A stretch of DNA of 64,000 bases from a virus. Below, in pieces: positions 57,104 through 64,000 of the stretch. The first letter of the stretch is position 1, and every line of letters begins with the position of its first letter. Under the pieces are notes generated by a model. The model was not told the DNA's origin, did no database searches, and worked only from the letters and a program-made list of their open reading frames with translations. The DNA is taken from IMG/VR virus record IMGVR_UViG_3300020172_001416, positions 34,788-98,787 of that record; one strand, 5' to 3'. A program made the translations under genes and the position numbers.

Positions 57104-60100
57104 ATGTCAACTATAACTGATGCACCTTGGAGTGCCGCGTTTATATCTTGGGTTCTTAAGCAAGCTATAGCAAGAACTTCAGGATTAGCCTTTCCACAAA
57201 ATAAAACTGCACATACCGAATACGCACAAGAAATTCGAACTAATAGAGCGTATCCGTTTGATGTACTCAATCCAATAATACCCGCTGGTCAGAGTGGGCA
57301 AGGACAATTTATAGAGTTAGTTGACGGAGATATCATCGTTTTTAATAGAGCGGACCCCACGACGGGACAATGGAATACATTAACTTACACCAGTAACCCA
57401 TGGTCTGGCGTTTCTCACGGTGATATTATTACCGGCCGACCATTATTTAGATCAGCGACAAGTAACGCTCTATACACAGGTATTGGTGGAAATTTAGGAA
57501 CAAAAACCAGTTCCGGTAAAGTTACACAAAGAAATATAACAGAGAGTGATTTACTACGGGCGTTTGTTGTGCTTAGAGCAAAGAGCAGACAACATCGGTC
57601 AATTATAAAAGAAATTGCTGTAAATGAAGCCCGATATTGGGATTCAACGGATGGAAAAGCTAGGTGGGATGATGAAAACCAAGAAGGAGCTCGACAACGA
57701 GTAAATGAATATTGGCTATCCGTAGGAATCAATTGGATTCCTTCCCAAGAAGGGGTACTGGTTACTACACTTTCAAACGCTCCAGAGTTCGGTAATTCAG
57801 CGATTACTCCGTTTATTGGGTCACTGGAATCATTTCATCCAAAAATTCAATATGAGTTAACACGACGGAGAGTAGCGGCTGAAACAGCTAATACGTATAT
57901 GCCGTTTGTAAAGCTCACTTCTCTGATGAACGTAAAGAGTAGTAATTTAACGGCAAGAGGCGCGGCATGGTGTCCGTCGTTGGGTATGCACGGAAATCCT
58001 GAAAGTTCATTTAAGGACATCTACTATCCACAAGATAATAGAAGTATTATTGGCTATGCTACATCAAATGGAACCACTGGGACGCCAGTACGAATTCCTG
58101 TTGTGGTGTCTAGTAGTGCTGCCACAACCGACCAACGTAACATTCCTATCCCAGGCATCACGGAAATAAACGCGGAACGTAGTACCGCTGGCCCTATGGG
58201 AGTTCGTGGTGGACTACTTAAAGCAAACATAAAAATTGCAGCGTACTCTGTTGGTCAAGTAGATGCATTACTTACATATTTCCTACGACCGGCGACTAGA
58301 GTTGTGTTAGAGTTAGGCAGAATGTCATCAAACAAAAACGAGTTTAAGATTACCCCGTATGATTGGAATCAACCAAAGGAAGATATCCAAAACGAATTTA
58401 GTGAACTAATTGTCAATCCCGATAAACAAAAGGAGTTTATCAAGCGATATATCTATAACAATTATGGCAACTATGAACTCTTTATTTGTTATGTAGCCAA
58501 CTTTAATTTAAAGTATAACAAAAATAATACATACGAAATAAATCTAACCGTACATTCTGTTCAACAATTTGAAGTTCCAACAAAGCACACGGGAGTAAAA
58601 TCTACTTGTGCAAGTCCAACAACAAATTGTAAAACTATGGATGTTCAAGAATATTTTAATAACGCCTATTCTTGGAAGCAAAATTCGTTTAGTAAGTTAA
58701 TGTCCAAGTATCTAGAAGATAATATATGGCGTGGACAGATTATTCCAATTAGAAATCAACAATCAAATAGTACCGGTGCCGCCAGCTCGGAAGGCGGTAC
58801 CAGAGAAAATGAATATTTTATTAGTTGGAGATTTTTCGTAGAAAAAGTATTAAATGACGCAACCTACGGAATTGCCAGTATGTTAGGTACTTCGGCCGCA
58901 GCAGATTTGGCAGTATTACGTATTTCAAAAGAAGCAACTGAAGAAGAATCTAATAAAGGTCTTATTGCTAATCAAGTTGGATATCATCCAAATTTACGGT
59001 CAGTTAATCCGGAAGTTATGGTGGTCTTTAATCCAAGAGCTCAATCCGCGTATGAAACTTCATTAGACAAGAGTAGGTATCGAAGTATTATCCGTTTTGC
59101 AGAAATATCAGGATCTTCAGATGCATCTCAACGATTAGAAATTTTAAATAATAATAACTTACTTGACCAATTTTATGCATCATCTGTTCCGTTTGAAAAT
59201 ACACTTAACAATATAAATTCTCAAGCGGGCGCCTCATATCTGTATCGTGGAGTGTGGTTAAACACGAAAGCTATTAAGCAGGCATTTACATCGGCAGATA
59301 CAGTCAGTTCGGCAATCAGTAATTTATTGAATATGATGAATTCTGCAACAGAAGGATACTGGAACTTACAAGTCTATTCAACGGATGTAACTAATCCGGG
59401 CATGCATATTATTGATATGGGCTTGTCAAAGCCATTAACCAGATTGGAAAGTAAGGAGAGTAAGACAGACCTAAGTATCGATTTAGAAGAATTACAATCG
59501 AATAATATTTTAGACAATATATCTGGAATTAAAATAAGTAGATATGAAGCATCTCCGAACAGTGATGATGCTAACTATATCTATATGTTCAATAGAAAAA
59601 CTAAATTATTCCAAGATGGAGAACTTGGTAGTGATTTATTAGACTTGGCAGTAGATTTTAACTTACCTCAGGTTATTGCGGTGCAAGCTATTGCCAATAT
59701 TGGTGGTCCTGCGCAAAAGGGAACGTTACAATCTATCAATGTACCAGAATTAAGAGAATTGTCATTAATTCAGAACTTGTTTACTCCGTGTAATCCCGAT
59801 GAAGATTGTATTTCAGAAAGTGCGTGCGAAGACGATGCACTTAGAAATTTACGTGAAGAACAACGGTTGGCATCAATAGGATTAGAAAATGCACGGCTTC
59901 GTCAATTGGGTGGATTACAAAACGCGGGATATAATCCTACCGAAGCGCAACGTATCATTAGTAGAGATCCGTATACTGGTCCATACGGGGATGACGTTAG
60001 AAAATATCAAACTACTATAGACGATATTCAGGCTAAATTAGATGTGGGTGATGCCACTATTTCATTAGGAAATCCCAATCTAGTGAACTTTGTTCGAGAA

Positions 60101-60628
60101 TATGCTGATTTAGGTACTGCCTTGGAATTGATTGAAATTAATCCATCTCGAATGATGAAGCAGTTAAATATAGATTCTACTAACTTAGAAAACGGTAGAG
60201 TAGAACCAATTGCACACGCATTTAATAGTTCAAATCTTACAAAGACCGTCGCAGATGTTACGTTGCCGGGTATAGGTGGTATAAATTTGTTTCAATCATT
60301 CTTGATAGACCGCGTACCATCTATTCTAGAACGAGGATTCTATGTGGTGACTAAAGTAATACATAAGTTTACTGCACAAACTGGATGGACTACACAAATT
60401 CAAGGACGCTTTAGATATCGTCCAACATCAAAATTAGAACCGGGAGCAGTATACACACACTGTAAGGATACTTCACCGGCCAGAACAACGTCCACACCAC
60501 CAAACAGTATAGTTAGAAATCCAAACGCTTCACAAGGACGAATAACTACACCATCTGCTGCAAGCGTACGTAATCAAGACTTTACTAAAATCAAAATTAC
60601 AGGCGTACCTAAGCCTTGGGAACAATAA
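57104..60628 (+). CDS. Baseplate hub-like protein with an N-terminal CHAP/DUF2272-like cell-wall hydrolase domain
   Basis: PWSAAFISW, AH..Y, GDII, SHGDII and IGGN motifs; C-terminal VTLPGIGGI...GFYVVTKVIHKF....WTT hub-like motif. Confidence 0.6.
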   Translation: MSTITDAPWSAAFISWVLKQAIARTSGLAFPQNKTAHTEYAQEIRTNRAYPFDVLNPIIPAGQSGQGQFIELVDGDIIVFNRADPTTGQWNTLTYTSNPWSGVSHGDIITGRPLFRSATSNALYTGIGGNLGTKTSSGKVTQRNITESDLLRAFVVLRAKSRQHRSIIKEIAVNEARYWDSTDGKARWDDENQEGARQRVNEYWLSVGINWIPSQEGVLVTTLSNAPEFGNSAITPFIGSLESFHPKIQYELTRRRVAAETANTYMPFVKLTSLMNVKSSNLTARGAAWCPSLGMHGNPESSFKDIYYPQDNRSIIGYATSNGTTGTPVRIPVVVSSSAATTDQRNIPIPGITEINAERSTAGPMGVRGGLLKANIKIAAYSVGQVDALLTYFLRPATRVVLELGRMSSNKNEFKITPYDWNQPKEDIQNEFSELIVNPDKQKEFIKRYIYNNYGNYELFICYVANFNLKYNKNNTYEINLTVHSVQQFEVPTKHTGVKSTCASPTTNCKTMDVQEYFNNAYSWKQNSFSKLMSKYLEDNIWRGQIIPIRNQQSNSTGAASSEGGTRENEYFISWRFFVEKVLNDATYGIASMLGTSAAADLAVLRISKEATEEESNKGLIANQVGYHPNLRSVNPEVMVVFNPRAQSAYETSLDKSRYRSIIRFAEISGSSDASQRLEILNNNNLLDQFYASSVPFENTLNNINSQAGASYLYRGVWLNTKAIKQAFTSADTVSSAISNLLNMMNSATEGYWNLQVYSTDVTNPGMHIIDMGLSKPLTRLESKESKTDLSIDLEELQSNNILDNISGIKISRYEASPNSDDANYIYMFNRKTKLFQDGELGSDLLDLAVDFNLPQVIAVQAIANIGGPAQKGTLQSINVPELRELSLIQNLFTPCNPDEDCISESACEDDALRNLREEQRLASIGLENARLRQLGGLQNAGYNPTEAQRIISRDPYTGPYGDDVRKYQTTIDDIQAKLDVGDATISLGNPNLVNFVREYADLGTALELIEINPSRMMKQLNIDSTNLENGRVEPIAHAFNSSNLTKTVADVTLPGIGGINLFQSFLIDRVPSILERGFYVVTKVIHKFTAQTGWTTQIQGRFRYRPTSKLEPGAVYTHCKDTSPARTTSTPPNSIVRNPNASQGRITTPSAASVRNQDFTKIKITGVPKPWEQ

Positions 60629-60975
60629 TGAAAGCACCATTAAGTAACAAGCCAAAAATAACAACTACGGATATTGAAAAAGGATTTGTTAGTAGATATT
60701 TTGTCAAGTTTATATCCGACCCAAAAGTAGTTGAAGTTGATAAGAAGCAATACGATGAGTTTAAGAAAAATGCTTTTTATCAAACACTTGAATTACCGTG
60801 GCTAATTTCGGGGTATGCGAACAATATTACCGCCGTGGATGGTAAGCCCGTGTATGGTGCCCGGCACAAAAATCAAGTTACCGTAAATTTTTATAGTAGA
60901 CAGATGCCTGAGTTGTCTCGGCTCTTATACAACCCGTTAGAATATTTTCAAGGGGTTGACAACCGTTCCACTTAA
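60628..60975 (+). CDS. Hypothetical protein
   Basis: Start reassigned to the TAATG overlap at 60628; DIEKGFVSRYFVK motif. Confidence 0.55.
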   Translation: MKAPLSNKPKITTTDIEKGFVSRYFVKFISDPKVVEVDKKQYDEFKKNAFYQTLELPWLISGYANNITAVDGKPVYGARHKNQVTVNFYSRQMPELSRLLYNPLEYFQGVDNRST

Positions 60976-60984
60976 TATTATATT
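60956..60984 (+). promoter_or_regulatory. Sigma70-type promoter for the polymerase gene
   Basis: TTGACA (60956-60961), N17, TATATT (60979-60984). Confidence 0.7.
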
Positions 60985-61011
60985 TAATTAAAATATATTA
61001 TTGAGGAACCA

Positions 61012-62286
61012 ATGGTTATCACGCGACTAGACGATATTATACAACTCACCAACCGCTTAGAGGAAGAGACGGCGTACGTCTATCCCGTGGCGGTTGATGC
61101 GTTTCTGCATCCCGTACAGAACAAGTTGTCATCACTCCATTTTCGTTTTGACGATGGAACGTTCTATACCGTATCCGTGAACCATCCAGACGCTCCACAC
61201 TTTGAGATGGATTTGAAGCGTGCACACAAGTTAGTTACCCTTCACCAGAAGGAACTGCGTCATCTGACTAATGCAGTAAACATTGTAGATTTGGCTACGA
61301 TACTACACCTTAACTATGATGTGATTCCTATCTATCGTGAATTCTATACGATGGGTATTCATCAGATTAAAAATCAATTCAAGTTCAAGAATCTTCACTA
61401 TAGTATCCCGTTGACTTCATGGGTGGAAACCGCAGAGGCGTTCCTTCAACATTGCGAACATCTCTACAAGCGATATGAGTCCACGGAACACGACTCGGCG
61501 TTCCAGTTCATCAACCAGATAACGATTCCGACGTTGACCAGTATTGAGAAGTCTGGATTGTATACGACCGATAATAACTTCGTATATTCCGATTATAACA
61601 TCTATACGTCTACCGGCCGTCCAAGTAATGCCTTCGGTGGCATCAACTTTGCCGCTCTGAACAAAAACGATGGTTCCCGTGAGAAGTTCGTCAGTCGGTT
61701 CGGGGAAAACGGAACGTTGGTTCAGTTCGATTATGAGGCATTCCACTTGCGGTTGGCTGGGAAGTTAATGGATTATCAACTCCCACCCACCTCACTTCAC
61801 ACCTATCTCGCTCAGCAGTATTATGGAGTGGATGAAGTGACCGAAGAGCAGTATGAGGAGTCCAAGGCCCGTACCTTTGCCTTAATGTATGGTCAGTCTG
61901 ACGATACGGGTGGCGTAGAGTTCTTCCAAAAGATTAAGGGGTATTCCTCCAAACTGTGGGACGAATACCGTCAGAATGGATTTGTATTGTCAGGAACGGG
62001 TCGCAAAGTGACCTTGGTGGACGCTTCCAAGAACAAGGTATTCAACTATATGATGCAGTTGACGGAAACCGAAGAAGCCATCCAACGGGTGTATGATGTC
62101 TGTAATTTTCTTGGAATGCGTGAATCCAGAGTGATTCTATACACCTATGACGCAATTCTATTGGATGTCCCAAATACTGAATTGGATTCTATGGAAAACG
62201 TGGCCAATATATTGAGCGCCGGTGGATTTCCTGTTCGTCAGTATCGTGGGGCTAATTACGATAATCTTTTCTTACATAAAATATAA
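61012..62286 (+). CDS. polA: Family A DNA polymerase-like protein (short, divergent)
   Basis: TSTGRPSN, motif A QFDYEAFHLRL, motif B SKARTFALMYG, FNYMMQ, motif C YTYDAILL. Confidence 0.8.
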   Translation: MVITRLDDIIQLTNRLEEETAYVYPVAVDAFLHPVQNKLSSLHFRFDDGTFYTVSVNHPDAPHFEMDLKRAHKLVTLHQKELRHLTNAVNIVDLATILHLNYDVIPIYREFYTMGIHQIKNQFKFKNLHYSIPLTSWVETAEAFLQHCEHLYKRYESTEHDSAFQFINQITIPTLTSIEKSGLYTTDNNFVYSDYNIYTSTGRPSNAFGGINFAALNKNDGSREKFVSRFGENGTLVQFDYEAFHLRLAGKLMDYQLPPTSLHTYLAQQYYGVDEVTEEQYEESKARTFALMYGQSDDTGGVEFFQKIKGYSSKLWDEYRQNGFVLSGTGRKVTLVDASKNKVFNYMMQLTETEEAIQRVYDVCNFLGMRESRVILYTYDAILLDVPNTELDSMENVANILSAGGFPVRQYRGANYDNLFLHKI

Positions 62287-62305
62287 GTTTATCAAAGACA
62301 ATTTG

Positions 62306-62314
62306 ATACTTATT
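62306..62314 (+). promoter_or_regulatory. Putative late-type motif ATACTTATT
   Basis: Variant of the recurring motif about 32 nt upstream of the ATG at 62346. Confidence 0.35.
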
Positions 62315-62345
62315 TGAAGTGATTAACGCTTCTTAAGAGTATCAT

Positions 62346-62747
62346 ATGAACGAAACTCAGTTACTTTGCACGTTTATTCCAGCCGCAGAATTGGAACAGC
62401 ACGTAAAGGCTATCCAAGATTCCTATAAATTGGCTTTTAATAATATCTATGTGTTAGAAAATGTTGATGACGCCAATCAACTAATTTTAACATATAATAT
62501 TGTTGTGGGGTCATTGAAGGCTGGACACCAACCTCCGGCTTCCACTATTTCCGTACATCGGAAAAAGCAAACCAATACAATATACACCATTAATGCATTA
62601 AATGCTCTTATCGCAAGTAAGAATGGTGGTATTATTGATAAGGCGTATAGGGTAAATTGGGATGAATTAAAGAATTCTATTCTAGTTACGGCCCACGGCC
62701 AATTAAAAATAGTTCGTACTAAAATACAACAAATTCTGAATTTCTAA
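62346..62747 (+). CDS. Hypothetical protein
   Basis: 133 aa; QLLCTF and TISVHRKKQTNTIYTINALN motifs. Confidence 0.65.
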   Translation: MNETQLLCTFIPAAELEQHVKAIQDSYKLAFNNIYVLENVDDANQLILTYNIVVGSLKAGHQPPASTISVHRKKQTNTIYTINALNALIASKNGGIIDKAYRVNWDELKNSILVTAHGQLKIVRTKIQQILNF

Positions 62748-62754
62748 ACTGCAC

Positions 62755-62783
62755 TTGACAAACTAAATTTTTGGTAGTATACT
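62755..62783 (+). promoter_or_regulatory. Sigma70-type promoter for SSB and RecA
   Basis: TTGACA (62755-62760), N17, TATACT (62778-62783). Confidence 0.8.
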
Positions 62784-62812
62784 TCAAGACACTTGGGGTA
62801 AACTACTTGTTA

Positions 62813-62837
62813 TAAACACCCTAAACACTCTAAACAC
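62813..62837 (+). repeat. Three TAAACAC direct repeats (9-nt period) in the SSB leader
   Basis: Copies at 62813, 62822 and 62831, abutting SD AAGGAG. Confidence 0.8.
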
Positions 62838-62850
62838 AAGGAGAAGTACA

Positions 62851-63645
62851 ATGGCGTTAGACATCAATGCACTAAAGAGCAAGCTGAACAGTTTCAAGCG
62901 TACCGGCGGTGGGGACCGCGATACCGCTATCTGGAAGCCCAAGGAAGGCAAGACGGTCATCCGTATCGTCCCGTGGAAGGATAACCCCGCGAATCCCTTT
63001 ATCGAACTTTACTTCCACTATCTCGGCAACAAGACTTATCTTTCACCTCTCTCGTATGGTAATCGTGACCCGATTGCGGAGTTTGCTGATTCCGTTCGGA
63101 ATGATACCCAGCGTGAGCCCGATGCGAAGGCTCGGTATGCGGAGGCTCGTCCGTTTATGCCGAAGCTCCGTACCTACATTCCTGTCATCGTTCGTGGTGA
63201 AGAGGATAAGGGTGTTCGCTTCTACTCGTTCGGTAAGACGGTCTATCAGGAACTTCTTTCCTACATCTCTGACCCCGATTACGGCGATATCACCGATGCT
63301 AAGACTGGTCGTGACATCGTAGTTGAGTACATTCCGAAGGAGAAGTCGGATACTAGTTTCGCCAAGACTTCGGTAAAGGTCAAGCCGTCACAGACTCCGC
63401 TTTCGTCGGACGCTTCACAGGCGAATCTGTGGATGACCACTCAGCCCGATATCAAGGAGCTTTATACGGAGCCGACCTACAACGAGCTGAAGGTCACGCT
63501 TGAGAAGTATCTTGACCCTGATAATGCGGTCATCACTCCCGCTCGTGAGGCTGAGGAGCCGAAGGCTGTTACGGCTACCGCTGCCGCTCCAAAGGAGAAC
63601 GTCAAGAACGCCGTTGATGCGTTTGACGAGCTGTTCAACGATTAA
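62851..63645 (+). CDS. gp32: Single-stranded DNA-binding protein (T4 gp32-like)
   Basis: WKP...VIRIVP, PFIE.YFH, FGKTVY, DITD..TGRDI motifs and an acidic tail AFDELFND; upstream of the recombinase. Confidence 0.8.
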   Translation: MALDINALKSKLNSFKRTGGGDRDTAIWKPKEGKTVIRIVPWKDNPANPFIELYFHYLGNKTYLSPLSYGNRDPIAEFADSVRNDTQREPDAKARYAEARPFMPKLRTYIPVIVRGEEDKGVRFYSFGKTVYQELLSYISDPDYGDITDAKTGRDIVVEYIPKEKSDTSFAKTSVKVKPSQTPLSSDASQANLWMTTQPDIKELYTEPTYNELKVTLEKYLDPDNAVITPAREAEEPKAVTATAAAPKENVKNAVDAFDELFND

Positions 63646-63652
63646 TTAACCA

Positions 63653-63707
63653 AAGACACGCTGTGGTGCTAGGTAGCCTTAAAACTACCTAGCCCCTGCG
63701 TGTTTTG
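63653..63707 (+). other. Long intergenic hairpin between SSB and RecA (terminator or processing site)
   Basis: Inner stem GCTAGGTAG (63668-63676) / CTACCTAGC (63685-63693); outer stem AAGACACGC / GCGTGTTTT. Confidence 0.65.
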
Positions 63708-63724
63708 TTACATAAAGGAACATT

Positions 63725-64000
63725 ATGGCTAAGGAAACAAAATCACCAAAGAAGCCAGTGCCATCCGCTGACCGCGATGAACTGGCCCAAGTTATCGCAG
63801 ATAGCTTGAACAAGTTGTACAAGGATGGACAAGTTGCCTACTTCCTTGATGGAGAAGAGGAAACCCCGACTGATTTGACCGATTTCATTTCAACGGGAAA
63901 TACGATGTTGGATATCGCAATCAGTAATCGTCCGAACGGTGGTATTGCCGCCGGTCGTATCACAGAGTTGACGGGATTAGAAGCATCGGGTAAGTCGTTG
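63725..64000 (+). CDS. recA: RecA/UvsX recombinase, 3'-truncated by the window
   Basis: Not in the ORF track. Manual translation gives ...FISTGNTMLDIAIS...GGIAAGRITELTGLEASGKSL (RecA N-terminal motifs and Walker A); SD AAGGA. Confidence 0.9.
   Translation, partial: MAKETKSPKKPVPSADRDELAQVIADSLNKLYKDGQVAYFLDGEEETPTDLTDFISTGNTMLDIAISNRPNGGIAAGRITELTGLEASGKSL

Noticed and set aside
1-64000. Stop-codon reassignment, as in some large phages
   Set aside because: Core genes are full length in the standard code, and TAG (17964, 49335) and TGA (7180, 13890, 16700) end genes right at the next gene's start.
1-64000. tRNA, rRNA, introns or inteins
   Set aside because: Intergenic gaps are short with no cloverleaf seen; terminase, primase, helicase, portal and capsid genes show no obvious insertions. 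A covariance search was not run.

Overview
This 64-kb window is part of a large myovirus-type (T4-like morphogenesis) bacteriophage genome. Essentially all real genes lie on the + strand and read in the standard code. It contains, in order: baseplate/virion proteins; a resolvase-like nuclease, primase and a fused Mre11-Rad50; a multidomain ligase-like/HxGH nucleotidyltransferase; large terminase; a cluster of small putative head-cargo proteins; portal, prohead protease, ribosomal protein bS21, scaffold and major capsid protein; neck, sheath and tube; tail fibres, one with about 130 collagen triplets and an S74 chaperone; a cassette of two 2OG-Fe(II) oxygenases and three glycosyltransferase genes; three mini-collagen genes; an SNF2 helicase; a tail chaperone pair, tape measure and baseplate hub; an atypical family A polymerase; gp32-like SSB; and the start of RecA/UvsX. 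The best candidates for new biology are five. (1) The hydroxylase/glycosyltransferase cassette between collagen genes, with its own sigma70 promoter and an apparent Ile/Thr-rich leader-peptide attenuator. (2) A shared N-terminal tag ending in Glu that may route many proteins into the head. (3) A probable +1/-2 frameshift before the tape measure gene. (4) Two promoter classes: TTGACA-N17 before non-structural genes and TA(T/C)TTA before structural genes. (5) A circularly permuted CHAP/DUF2272-like domain. All family assignments come from motif recognition by eye; no database searches were run.
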